A program made the position numbers and the translations under genes. Under the pieces are notes generated by a model. That model did not search any database and had not been told where the DNA came from. It was given only the letters and a program-made list of their open reading frames with translations. 64,000 bases of DNA from Mobula hypostoma (lineage: Eukaryota): contig NC_086097.1 of assembly GCF_963921235.1 (NCBI RefSeq), forward strand, positions 177,818,001 through 177,882,000, in the 5' to 3' direction. Below are positions 11,283 to 23,889 of the stretch, piece by piece (the stretch's first letter is position 1; the number at the start of each line of letters is the position of its first letter).

Positions 11283-12148
11283 CATTAAGCAATAGCTAAC
11301 CTTCACTAATCCGGCACCATTGGGACTGAGGAGTGCCGGATTAGTGAAAATGCTGAATTACAGAAGGATCGCATTAAGCATAATCAGTGCCGGATTATCA
11401 AAGGAACTGGATTACAGGTAGTCAGATTAGTGAAGGTTGGCCTGTATTATACTTGCCTCACCACTTCCTCTGGCAGCTTATTCTATATACTCATCACCCT
11501 CTGTGTGAAAAAGTTACCATAAGACCTCAAGATATATGAGCAAAATTAAGTCATTTGGCCCATCGAGTCTGCTCTGACATTTCATCATGGCTGATCCATT
11601 TCCCTCTCAGCCCCAGTCTCCTGCCTTCCCCCATATTCCTTCGTCCCCTGACCTATCAAGAATCTATCAACATCTGCATACATATAAATAAAGACGGCCT
11701 CCACAGCTGCCTCTGGCAACGAATTCCACATATTCACCACTCTCTGACTAAAGAAATTCCTCAGCTCTGTTCTAAATGGACATCCCTCTATTCTGCTACT
11801 GTGTCCTCTGGTCTTAGACTCCCATGCAATAGAAAACATCCTCTCCAAATCTACTCTATCGCGGCCTTTCAATATTCAACAGGTTTCAATGAGATCCCCC
11901 TCATTCTTGGGAATTCCAGTGAGTACAGGCCCAGAGCCATCAAACGCTTCTCATATGATAAGCCTTTCAAACCTGGAATCATGTTCAACCTCCCCTGGAC
12001 CCTCTCCAACGTCAACACATCCTTTCTTAGATAAGGGGCCCAAAACTGCTCACAGTATTACATATGAGGCTTCACCAATGCCTTATAAAGCCTTAACATT
12101 ACATCCTTGATTTTATATTCTAGTCCTCTCTAAATGAATGCTAACTTT

Positions 12149-12960
12149 TGTCACGCACCCCGTGACGGGTTAAAGAACCAGTAGAAATGGAAAACACTTT
12201 GGAGTCCAGTACTGCTATTAACTAGTGGTATTTATTAGTAACTACGTGATACAGTAATATAAATGCAGATATATCAAACAGGTTAGCAATGATTTTATAT
12301 ATATATATAGAAAATGTGTGTAGAAATATATGAAAACCAAGCTTCTTCAAGTCTAGGGGTAAATAGTCTTACAATGATGAGTAAAGTTCAGTTCAGTTCG
12401 TGGTATTGAGTTGAGTAGAGATGGAGAGAGAGAGGGAGAGATTTGAGTCTTAAGGTGAACTGACACCGTCGATCTTCCCGTTGTCCTCCAAAATCTTTTA
12501 GAAGTCACCACAATAAACAGGACCGTTCTTCTGTGGTGGAATTATCAACCCAGGTGAGGGTTGGACACACGAATAACTCCCCACCGGTCACACCCTTTTC
12601 ACACTGCGAGAGCCACTGATCGATCCGCCTGATTGATCCTCCAAAACCCACCTTTTCTGTGGGCACAACAAAGCTCATTCAGTGTCCAAAAGCACGTGTC
12701 TGTAGGACTAACAGCTGACCTTCTATTTATCTCACCATGTTGAACACCAGCTGTCCATCAAGCAGCTCCTCCCTTCTCTCTCTGTAAGAACTTGGAAGCT
12801 GCCAGTGTCCTTGCAGAAAGTATATACAAACTGTGAGCAGTCTTTGCCTCTCTCTCTCTTTTTAACAAGGTGTCTGTGTTTAACAACTCTCTCTCTCTTT
12901 CTCTCTCTCTCTCTCTTTTCTAAAGCACAATTCATAGGGGTAATTCAGGACCCCGTCACA
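12149..12960. mobile_element. Solo LTR, about 812 bp
   Basis: TGTCACG...CGTCACA termini. 4-bp TSD with one mismatch (CTTT 12145-12148 / CATT 12961-12964). It splits the CR1 sequence gctaac|attgcattt. No coding capacity. Confidence 0.75.
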
Positions 12961-13710
12961 CATTGCATTTGTCTTCCTCACCATCAACTCAACCTGCAAA
13001 TTAATTTTTAGCGAATCCTACACAAGATCTCCAAAGTCCTCTTATGCCTCAGATTTTTGTATTTTCTCTCCATTTAGAAAATAGTCTATGCTTTTATTTC
13101 TTCCTCCAAATTCCATGACCATACACTTCCCAACACTATATTCCATCTGCCACTTCTTTGCCCATTCTCTGAATCTGTTTAAGTACTTCTATAGCCTCTC
13201 TGTCTCCTCAACACTGCCAGCCCCTCCACCTATCTTCATATTGTCCGCAAACTTGGCCACAAAGACATCAATTCCTTCATCCAAAGCATTGACATAGAAT
13301 GAAAAAAGTGGTCCCAACACAGACCCGGCGGGACACCACTGGTCACTAGCAGCCAACCCGAAAAAGCTCCTTTTATTCCTAGTCTTTGCCTCCTGCCAAT
13401 CAGTCAATACCATGGGCATATTAACTTGTTAAGCAGCCTCATGTGTGGCACCTTGTCAAAGGCCTTCTGAAAATTCAGGTACACAATATCCACTGATTCT
13501 GCTTTGTCTATTCTGCTTGTTATTTCCTTAAATAATTCTAACATATTTGTCAGGCAAGATATTCTCTTAAGAAAACCATACTGACTGCCCTATTTAACAT
13601 GTGCCTCAAAGTACCCCAAAACCACACCCTTAATAATCACTCCATCATCTTCCCAACCACTGAGTTCAGACTAACTGGCCTGTAATTTTCTTACTTCTGC
13701 CTCTCTCCCT

Positions 13711-14681
13711 GCCTGTGTAGCTGGATCCTGGATTTCCTGTCAGATCGCTGGTAGGTGGAAAGAGTGGGCTCCCTCACCTCTGCCCCTCTGACCCTCAACA
13801 CAGGTGCCCCTCAAGGCTGTGTACTGAGCCCCCTCCTTTACTCTCTGTATACCCATGACTGTGTCGCCACCCACGGCTCCAATTTGATAATTAAATTTGC
13901 TGACAACACTGTACTGATTGGCCTTATCTCAAATAATAATGAGGCGGTCTACAGAAAAGAAGTCATCACCCTGAAAAACAAAGGAGCTGGCTGTGGGTTA
14001 CAGGCGGAATGGAGACAGGCTAGTCCCTATTGGCATCAATGGATCTGGGGCTGACAGGGTAAATGGCTTTAAGTTCCTCGGCATCCACATCACTGAGGAC
14101 CTCATGTGGTCTGTACATACCGGCTGTATGGTGAAAAGGGCACAACAGTGCCTCTTTCACCTCAGAAGGTTGAAGAAGTTTGGTATGGGCCCCCAAATCC
14201 CAAGAACTTTCCACAGGGGCACAATCACTGCCTGGTATGGGAACTGTACTTCCCTCAATCGCAGGACTCTGCAGAGTGTGGTGCGGACAGCCTAGCGCAT
14301 CTGTAGATGTGAACTTCCCACTATTCAGGGCATTTACAAAAGCAGCTGTGTAAAAAGGGCCCAAAGGATCATTGGGGACCCGAGTCACCCCAACCACAAA
14401 TTGTTCCAGCTGCTCCCATCCAGGAAATGGTACCACAGCATAAAAGCTAGGACCAACAGGCTCTGGGACAGCTTCTTCCACCAGGCTATCAGACTGCTTA
14501 ATTCATGCTGATACAATTGTATTTCTATGTTATATTGACTGTCCTGTTGTGCATACTATTTATTATAAATTACTATAAACTACACATGCATATTTAGACA
14601 GTGATGTAACGTAAAGATTTTTACTCCTCACGTTTATGAAGGATGCAAGTAATAAAGTCAATTCAATTCAGTTTAATTCAA
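13711..14681 (+). mobile_element. Rex1/Babar-type LINE, 5'-truncated
   Basis: [21 protein letters not shown]...IIKFADNT and FKFLGIHITEDL.WS.H...KRAQQ.LFHLRRLKKFG. AATAAA and a (CAATT)n-like tail at about 14650-14681. Confidence 0.9.
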
Positions 14682-17600
14682 TTTTAGAAGATTGAAGTGA
14701 CATTTGCAAAGTTCCAGTTGTCCAGAACCATGCCAGAATCCATTAATTCTTTAAAGGTCATTACTAATGCCTCCACAATCTCTTCAGCCACATTTTCAGA
14801 AGCCTGGAGTGTGAATCATCTGGTCCAGGTGACTTACCTACCTTCAAACCTTTCAGTTTCTCAAGCACTTTCTCCATAGTAATGCCAACTTCACTCACTT
14901 CTGCATCCTGACACTCTTGAACTTCTGGCATACTGCTAGCGTCTTCCACAGTGAAGACTGATGCAAAATACTTATTTGGTTCATCCGCTATTTCCTTGTC
15001 CCCCATTACTACTTCTCCAGCATTATCTTTCACCTGTACGATATCTGCTCTCACCTCTCATTTACATTTTATATATCTTAAGAAACTTTTTGTATCCTCT
15101 TTAATACTATTGGCTAATTTACCTTTGTATTCCATCTTCTCCTTCTTTATGACATTTTATTTGCTTTCTGTTGGTTATTAAAAGCTTCCCAATCCTTTTT
15201 AGTTAACCAGTTAGGTTTTAATAACAATCCAGTAATCTCATGCTCACCATTATTGGCCTTTGGTTTATTAAACTACAGATTCACTTACCTAAGTTACATT
15301 TAAACTCCCTGGTGGGATTCGAGCTTCAGGAATGTACCTGTATATAAGCTCATATCTATCTGCTCAAAGAAATCTGCTGTCCTTAATTGTTCTTTGGAGG
15401 TGATATCTATATCATTAATTAAGAAGAATAACATAGTGGCCAAGCTGCAACAGACACCAAAGGCTGGTTGATAAACAACCTGTATTTCTGTAGTATCTGA
15501 AAGTTTTCCAAAACTCTTCACAGCCAATATCTGCAAGAACTCAGTCTACACTTCCCACTGCCACAGTAAAGCGACCAGCATAATCAAAGACCCCACCCAC
15601 CCAGGACATTCCCTCTTCTCCCTTCTCCCATACAATACCACCAGATATCTTCAATTCTGCTGTTATAAGACTCTTGAATTGTTCCCTAATATGATAGCAT
15701 GGACTTGAACTCACAATCTACCTTGTTACGACTTTGCACCTTATTGTCTATCTGCACTGCACTCTCTCACTTTTGAATTCTGGCTTATTTGTCCTTCCTT
15801 GATGAAGGGTCTCAGCCTGAAACATTGACTACTTCTTTCTTTCCATAGGTGTTGTCTGGCTTGCTAAGTTCCTCCAGCATTTTGTTACACTTTATTCTGC
15901 ATTATTATTTTACCTCATTATTCCTCAATGTACCGTGTAATAATTTGATTGATATGAACAGTATGCAAGGCAAACATTGCACTGCATCTTTGTATAAATT
16001 ATAATAAACCAATTCCAATTCCAGAATGATATTGAACAGCAGTCAATGCTGTAATATTGGAAGGGTGGCAATTTGTACACAGCAAGCTCCCAGAAACTAA
16101 TTTATTACCTGATTTAAAATTGCAGTCTAAAATACAAAGAATTAGCATGAAAGTACAAGTGGTGGGCTTTGTTGTTAAAAGGTTGGGATTTTAAAGTACA
16201 GTAGGTAAAAATTGTTACAGATCTGTTGAGTTTTTGTGAGGTCACACCTGAAGTGTTGTCCACAGATATTATCCCTTTATTTAAGACCATAAGACCATAA
16301 GATATAGGAGCAGAAGTAGGCCATTCAGCCCATCGAGTCTGCTTATTCGATCATGGGCTGATCCAATTCTTCCAGTCATTCCCACTCCCCTGCCTTCTCC
16401 CCACACCCCTTGATGCCCTGACTAATCAAGAACATATCTATCTCTACCTCAAATGCACCCAATGATTTGGCATCCACAGCCACTCATGGCAACAAATCCC
16501 ACAGATTTACCACCCTCTGACTAAAGTAATTTCTCCGCATCTCTGTTCTAAATAGACGTCCTTCGATCCTGAAGTTGTGCCCTCTTTTCCTAGACTCCCC
16601 TACCATGGGAAATAACTTTGCCATAACAGAAGATATACCTGCATTGGAGGCAGTCCTAAAGATATTCACATGGCAATTTCCAGGATGAAAGGCTAGAGAA
16701 GTTAGATCATATGCTTTGGGGCTTAGAGTAGAGAGCAGTAAGCTTATTGGGACAGGAAATTATAGGCTAGTTGGCGTAACTTCAGTGGTAGCTAATATAG
16801 AGTCATAGGGTCATAGAAGACTACAGCACAGAAACAGTCCCCTTGGCTCATCTAGTCTGTGCCAACCCATTTAAAGTGCCTAGTCCTATTGACCTTCAAC
16901 TAGACCATTGTCCTCCATACCTCTCCAATACATGTATCTATTCAAACTTCTCTTAAATGTTGAAATTGAAACTGAAACTGCATCCACCACTCTCACTGGC
17001 AGTTCATTCCACTCTCATCACCCTCTGAGTGAAGAAATTTCCCCTCATATTCCCATTAAACATTGCATCTTTCACCTTTAACTCATGACCTCCAGTTGTA
17101 TCTCACCCAACTTCAGTGGAAAAAAGGCTGCTTTCATTTACTTTATCTATTCCCCTCATAATTTTGTATACTTCTGTCAAATTTCCCCTCAGTCTTCTAT
17201 GGTGTTGGGAATAAAGTTCTAACCTATTCAATCTTCTCATATAACTCAGGTCCTCCAACCCAGTAACATCCTTGTAAATTTTCTCTGTACTCTTTCAATC
17301 TTATTCACACCTTTCCTGTAGGTGGGTGACCAAAACTGCACACAATACTCCAAATTAGACCTCAGCAATATCTTATGCAATTTCAACATAACATCCCATC
17401 TCCTGTACTCAGCAATTGGGTTTATGAATGCCAATGCGCCAAAAGCTTTCTTTATGATCATATTTACCTGACATGCCACTTTCAATGAATTATGGACCTA
17501 TATTCCCAGATTCCTTTGTTCTACCATACTCCAGTTTAAGACCCACCCTGACTGGTCCTCCCAAAGTACGACACATCACACTCGTCTCCATTAAATTACA

Positions 17601-18372
17601 TCTCCCATTTTTCAGCCCATTTTTCCAGCTAGCAAACTTTGATAGTCTTCTTCACTGTTCACTACACCCCTAACCTTGGTATCATCCACAAATTTGCTGA
17701 TCCAGTTAACCACATTACCATCCAGATCGTTAATACAGCTGACAAACAGCAACAGACCCAGCACTGATCCCTGCGGCACACGACTAGTCACAGGCCTCCA
17801 GTCAGGGAGGCAATCATCTGCTACCGCTCTCTGGCTTCTCCTGCAAAGCTAATGTCTAATCCAATTCACTACCTAATTTGAATGCCAAACAACTGAAACT
17901 TATTGACCAACCTCCCATGCGGGATCTTGTCAAATGTCTCGCTGAAGTCCATGTAGACAATATCCACTGCCTTGCCTTCATCCACTTTCCAGGTTACATC
18001 CTCAAAAACGCGACAAGGTTGGTTAGACTATTCCTAATCAGTCCCTGTCTATCCAAATACTCATATATCCAGTCCCTTAGAATGCCTTCCAGTAACTTTC
18101 CCAATTCTGATATCAGGCTCTCTGGCCTATAATTTCCTGGTTTATTCTTAGAGCCTTTCTTAAACCGTGGAAAAACAATGGGCATCCTCCAATCCTCTGC
18201 CTGTCACTAAGGATGTTTTAAGTATCTCTGCAAAGGCCCTTGCAATTTCTGTACTTGCTTCCCACAGGTCCGAGAGAACACCTTGTCAGGCCCTGAGGAT
18301 TTATCCACCCTGATTTACCTCAGGACAGCAAATATCATATTCTATGTAATCTGTATAGGGTCCATAAAGTTG

Positions 18373-19328
18373 AAGTTATTCTCCGTAACTTCCGCCACCT
18401 CCAACGGGATCCCACCACGAAGCACATCTTCCCCCCCCCCTGCTTTCCGCAGGGATCACTCCCTACGCGATTCCCTTGTCCATTCATCTCCCCCATCCCT
18501 CCCCACTGATCTCCCTCCTGGCACTTATCCTTGTAAGCGGAACAAGTGCTACACATGCTCTTACACTTCCTCCCTTACCACCATTCAGGGCTCCAGACAG
18601 TCCTTCCAGGTGAGGCGACACTTCACCTGTGAGTCGGCTGGGGTGATATACTGCGTCTGGTGCTCCCAATGTGGCCTTTTATATATTGGCGAGACCCGAC
18701 GCAGACTGGGAGACCGCTTTGCTGAACACCTACGCTCTGTCCGTCAGAGAAAGCAGGATCTCCCAGTGGCCACACATTTTAATTCCACATCCCATTCCCA
18801 TTCTGACATGTCTATCCACGGCCTCCTGTACTGTAAAGATGGAGCCACACTCAGGTTGAAGGAACAACACCTTATATTCCATCTGGGTAGCCTCCAACCT
18901 GATGGCATGAACATCGACTTCTCTAATTTCTGCTAATGCCCCACCTCCCCCTCATACCCCATCCGTTATTTATTTTTACACACACATTCTTTCTCTCACT
19001 CTCCTTTTTCTCCCTCTGTCCCTCTGACTATACCCCTTGCCCATCCTCTAGGTTTCCCACCCCCCCCCCGTCTTTCTCACCAGGCCTCCTGTCCCATGAT
19101 CCTCTCATATCCCCTTTGCCAATCACCTGTCCAGCTCTTGGCTCCATCCCTCCCCCTCCCGTCTTCTCCTATCATTTTGGATCTCCCCCTCCCCCTCCCA
19201 ATTTCATATCTCTTACTAACTCTTCCTTCAGTTAGTCTGACGAAGGGTCTCGGCCTGAAATGTCGACCGTACCTCTTCCTAGAGATGCTGCCTGGCCTGC
19301 TGCGTTCACCAGCAACTTTGATGTGTGT
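18373..19328 (+). mobile_element. Young 5'-truncated Penelope-like (Neptune-type) element with an uninterrupted GIY-YIG C-terminal frame
   Basis: 12-bp TSD TCCATAAAGTTG at 18361-18372 and 19329-19340. Frame reads PGTYPCKRNKCYTC...FTCESAGVIYCVWCSQCGLLYIGETRRRLGDRFAEH...L.PDGMN to stop at 18934-18936. Many CpGs are retained. Confidence 0.93.
19232..19269 (+). ncRNA. Minimal type I hammerhead ribozyme-like motif in the Penelope 3' end, partly decayed
   Basis: CTGACGA-A-GGGT-CTCG-GCCT-GAAA-T-GTC-GAC contains the CUGANGA and GAAA cores, a stem II and a GUC cleavage triplet. Hammerheads are established features of Penelope-like element ends. Confidence 0.65.
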
Positions 19329-19575
19329 TCCATAAAGTTGTTACTGCTTTGCCTCACTTCTGTAGACTCTGTGTCTGTCTCTTGATGCAAAAAAAATCCA
19401 TTTAAGATCGCCGTCATGTCTTTTGGCTCCATGCATGGATTACCATTCTGATCTTCCAGAGGACTAATTTTGTCCCTTGCAATCCTTTTGCCCTTAACAT
19501 ATCTGTAGAAGCCCTTAGGCTTCTCCTTCACCTTCTCTGCTGGAGCAACCTCATGCCTTCTTTTAGCCCTCCTAA

Positions 19576-20696
19576 TGTCATGGTCTAGTTCGTGAAGTCC
19601 ACATTCCGGTTCAGGGTCCGGTCCGTGGACTCAGGACTCCGGCTCTTCCAGCTGTCCCTTGTTTTGGTTGAGTTAATCATAGGCACCTGATTCCCATCTT
19701 GGGGCTTGGAATATAAGTGGGCTTGGGGTCGAGTGTGAGCTGCTGGTTTGTCTTGTCCAGATTTCCTGGGAGCAACCTGCTGGTGGAAGGCTGGGGTGGC
19801 CATTTGCCATCTTTGGGCCGCGTTGGAGAACCATCGCCTCATGGAGCCTTGCTGTCAGTAGTCGGAGCTGTCTTTGCGGTATGGATTTGGCCGTTTCCCG
19901 GGCTTGCTGAGTGGCCGTCAGCCACTCTGAGCTAGGTAGGGATCCGGCTGTTTCCGTAGCCAGCCGAGGTTGCTGGCCGTAACTGCGACTCGGAGCAATC
20001 CCGATGCGGAGGTGGAACTGTCTGTCGTTCTTTGGTCTTTGTCTCTTCTTGTCCTCACCTCCATGGGTAAGTCAGGCCATTCTGCCATTGCCCTGCAGGG
20101 GGATCTGTCTTGTCTTGTTCTCGCCTCTGTTGGTAAGTCCAGCCATTCTGCCGTTACCCAACTGATGGACCTGTCCCACCTTGGTGTGGAGATAGAGTTG
20201 AGAACCGGCTTGTCCAAGGATAAGTCTCGGCTCTATGTCTTTATACTGTCCAGTCTCAAGTTAGTGTCGTGTTAAAGATCAGTCCTGGCTTTTCAAAGGA
20301 TAAGTCCTGGCTCTATGTTGATGTACAGTTCCAAGTCTGTCTCCAAGCTCAAGCCTCGAGACCCCAGCCTGTCTCCAAGCTCAAGCCTCAAGATCCCAGC
20401 CTCCAGTCCTGTAGTCATGTCATGTCCTTGCCTGGTTCTGGGGTCCGTGCCTGAGGCAAGACCCAGGTTCTGGGTCCTTGTCCAGTCTCTGGCTCGGAGT
20501 CCAAGCCAGTCTCCTAGTTCATAGTCCCTTGTCCGGGTTCCCTGTCTTGTCCATGTCCTAGCCCAAGTCTGTGTTCTTGTCCCTGCTCCTTGTCTGTATC
20601 CTGTCACGTCCCTACTCCTGCATCCTAGTCCTGTCCCTAGTACTTCAGTGTCTGTGTCTTGCATTTGGGCCTGTCACCAGCGTCCCCTTTGAGACA
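19576..20696. mobile_element. Solo LTR, about 1121 bp
   Basis: TGTCA...GAGACA termini with perfect 5-bp TSD CCTAA (19571-19575 and 20697-20701). TATA-like AATATAAG near 19710. Internal tandem duplications; relatively CpG-rich. Confidence 0.85.
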
Positions 20697-22089
20697 CCTA
20701 ATTTCTTTCTTAAGAGTTTGCTTGCATTTGTTATACTCCTCAAGTACCTCATTTGCTCTTGCCTGCCAATACCTGCTATGCACCTCTTTTTTATTTCTTA
20801 ACCAAGGTCTCATTATCTCTTGAAAACCAAGGTTCCATAAACCTGACATCCTTGCCTTTTATTCTGACAGGCACATACAAGCTTTGTACTCTCAAAATTT
20901 CACTTTCGAAGGCCTCCCACTTACCAAGTACACCTTTGCCAGAAAACAGCCTGTCCCAGTCCACACTTGCCAGATCATTTCTGATAGCATCAAAATTGAC
21001 CTTTCTCCTGCTTAGAATCTCAGCCTGAAGACGGCACGTATCCTTTTCCATAATTACCTTGAAGATAATGGCATCATGATTACAAGATACAAAGTGTTCC
21101 CCTACACCAACTGCTGTCACCTGCCCCGTCTCATTCCTTACTAGGAGAACAAGTATTACACTCTTTCTCATTGGGACATCTATGTACTGATTAAGGAACT
21201 TTTCCTGACCACATTTGACTAACTTTATCCCATATAATCCTTTTACAGTATTTGAGTACCAGTCAATATGTGAAAAGATTAAAAAAAATCACCTACTATC
21301 ACAACCTTGTGTTTCTTGCAACCGTCTGTGATCTCTCATACCTTTCTTATTCTTCGGTTCCACCTGAAAGACTCACGAGATGATCTCTCCAGTCTGTCCT
21401 GAGCACTGCCATATTTCCCTGACTAGTAATGCCACCCCTCCCCCCTTGAATCGCTCCCACTCAATCACATCTAAAACACTGGAACCCCAGTACATTAAGC
21501 TGCCAGTCCTGCTCCTCCTGCAACCAACTCTCACTAATGGCCACAATGTCATAATTCCAGGTGTTGATCTACCCTTAGCTCATCTGCCTTTCCTACAGTA
21601 CTTCTTGCATTGAAATATGTGCAACACAGAAGATTAGTCCCAACATGCTCAACTTTTTCCTCATTGATGTTTGTCTGAGGTCTTACCAACCACTCCACTA
21701 TCTGTTCTAACACTCTGGTTCCCATCGCCCTGTAACTCTGGTTTAAACTCCAGTGTGCAGCACTATCAAACCTTCTCATGAGGTTATTAGTCCCCCTCCA
21801 GCTTAGGTGCAAGCTGTACAGGTCCCACCTTCCCTGGAAGAGAGCCCAATGATCCAAAAATCTGAAGCCCTCCTTCCTGTACCAGCTCCTTAGCCATGTG
21901 TTAAACTGTATGATCTTCCTTTTTCTGGCCTATATGTTAATGATATGGATGACAGAAGTGATGGCTTTGTGGCCAGGTTTGCAGATAATACAAAGATAGG
22001 GGCAGGTAGTGTTGAGGAGGCAGGAATATTGCAGAGGGTATTTCCAGTAGTGGGAAAGTCTAGGACCAGAAGCAATTTATAATGTATAT

Positions 22090-23085
22090 AAATATTTAAC
22101 TAACCTGGATGAAAATGCAGATTGCTGGTTAGTAAGTTGGTGAATAGTATAGAAAACTGGCAAAGAATATAGCACATTATAGATCAGTTGCAGATATGGG
22201 CTGAGAAATGGCAGATGGAGTTTAACACAGATAAATGTGAGGTGTTGCATCTTGATACGGCAAATGCAAGGAGATAGTACACTGTTAAAGATAGGATCCC
22301 TAACAGTGTTGCTGAGCAGAGAGATCTTGGGATCTTGATACGGCAAATGCAAGGAGACAGTACACTGTTAAGGATAGGAACTCAGTTCCTAGCTCCTTAA
22401 AAGTGTCTACACAAGTTGATAAGGTGGTTAACAAGTTTACTGAATGCTTGTTTTTATTAGTTGAGTTCAAAAGCCAAGAGGGTCTGTTGCAACTTCATAA
22501 AACTCTGATTAGGCCACATATGGAGTATTGCACACCGTTCTGATCGCCTGTCTATAGGAAGGATGTTGAGGCTTTGAAGAGGGGGCAGAAGAGGTTTACC
22601 AGAATGCTGACTGGCTGGTTTAGACAGCATGTGCTATCATGAGAGGCTGGATAAACTTGGGTCATTTTCTCTGTAGTGCCAGACGCTGAGGGGAGATCTG
22701 ATAGAGGTTTACAAGATTATGAGAGGCAAAGATAGAGTAGACAGAGAGTATCTATTTGCCACCGTTGAAATGTCTAATACCAGAGAGCATGCATTGAAGG
22801 TGAGATGGGTAGGTTCAAGGAGATGTGAGGAGTAAGTTTTTTATTCAGAGAGTTTTGGATGTTTGGAAGGTACTACCTGTTTTGTTGGTAGAGGTAAATA
22901 CATTATTTAAGAGACGTTTGGATAGGCACATGGATGTAAGGAAGATGGAGGGATATGGATGGTGTGTAGGTGGAAGGGGTTAGTGTTTGGGTGTTTTTGA
23001 TTTTCTTTTTAGCTAATTCAGCATAATATTGTGGGATGAACGTTTTTGTTCTTGTCCAGTACGGTTCTATGCTCCATGTTCTATG
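22090..23085 (+). mobile_element. CR1-clade LINE 3' fragment
   Basis: Matches the RT C-terminal region (WAEKWQMEFN.DKCEVLH, RPH.EYC) and tail. About 45 bp is locally duplicated (22250-22295 and 22334-22378). Confidence 0.8.
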
Positions 23086-23580
23086 TAACACATCACAATA
23101 CAAGGATGTCCCTTCAGGACAGAAATGAAGAGAAATTTCTTTAGCCAGAGGATGGTGAATCTGTAGAATTCATTGCGACAGATGGCTGCAGAGACTACAT
23201 CATCGGGTATATTTAAAGTGGAGGTTGTTAATTTCTTGCTTTGTAAGGGCATTACCGGTTATGGGAAGAAGAGACGAGAATGGGGTTGAGAGGGAATATA
23301 AATCAACCATGATCAATTGTTGGAGCAGATTCAATAGATAGAAAATGGCCTAATTCTGCACTTATGCTTTATGGTCCAATATAAAATTATAAGAGGCAAT
23401 GGTAGGGTGGACTGTCAGAATAGTTTTCCCATGATGTGGGTGTCAGATAAAAGAGATTTGAGGTGAGAGAAAGGAAGTTTAAAGGGGATTTGAAAGGAAA
23501 ATACTTTACACAGAGTTGTTGATATCTTGAATATGCTACCAGAGGAGGTGGTGGAATCACAAACAATTACAATGTGTATT

Positions 23581-23883
23581 TTTATTATTAGGCATCTGTT
23601 AGTCTCATGAGACCATGGATTTTGCGCCTTGGAAGGTTTCCAGGGCACAGGCGGCACAGGCCTGGGCAAGGTTGTATGGAAGACCAGCAGTTGCCCATAA
23701 TGTAAGTCTCCCCTCTCCACGCCACCAATGTTGACCAAGGGAAGGGCACTAGGGCCGATACAGCTTGGCACCAGTGTCATTGCAGAGTAATGTGTGGTTA
23801 AGTGCCTTGCTGAAGGATACAACATACTGCCCCAGCTGAGGCTCGAACTAGACCAACGCCTTAACCACTTGGCCACGCACCAA
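23581..23883 (-). mobile_element. tRNA-derived composite SINE
   Basis: Box A TGGCCAAGTGG (23865-23875) and box B GTTCGAGCC (23840-23848) on the minus strand. Then a CORE-like 'tccttcagcaaggcacttaacc', a module shared with 6393-6507, and a (TAA)n tail. Confidence 0.75.
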
Positions 23884-23889
23884 TACAAT

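Larger units (their letters stand above)
9826..11444. mobile_element. Tc1/mariner-pogo-type MITE with TA TSD, interrupted by a hAT element
   Basis: Flanked by TA at 9824-9825 and 11445-11446; termini CAGG...CCTG. Repeated CCGGATTAGTGAA subterminal motifs. It sits inside a CR1-type tail. Confidence 0.65.
11520..15195 (-). mobile_element. CR1-clade LINE (3' ORF2 reverse transcriptase plus tail), interrupted by a solo LTR and a Rex1 copy
   Basis: Minus-strand fragments include KSPGPD, GSVLGPL...FVAKFADNMKIGG and DRVDLERMF...TRGHS...NFFSQRVVNMWNSLP. Confidence 0.9.
16799..21930 (-). mobile_element. CR1-clade LINE (second type), long decayed copy from ORF1 esterase end to tail, interrupted by a Penelope element and a solo LTR
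   Basis: Minus-strand fragments DHWALFQGRWDLY..LHLSWRGTN (ORF1), YFNARS (endonuclease start), FKKGSKNKPGNYRP, and LEYCVQFWSPTYRK...ERVQRKFTRML. Confidence 0.9.

Noticed and set aside
18283..18936. 217-aa ORF as a host nuclease gene
   Set aside because: It is the endonuclease end of a Penelope element bounded by a TSD, and its first residues come from the flanking antisense CR1.
23840..23883. tRNA gene
   Set aside because: A and B boxes are present, but the anticodon region is deleted and the sequence continues into a SINE body.
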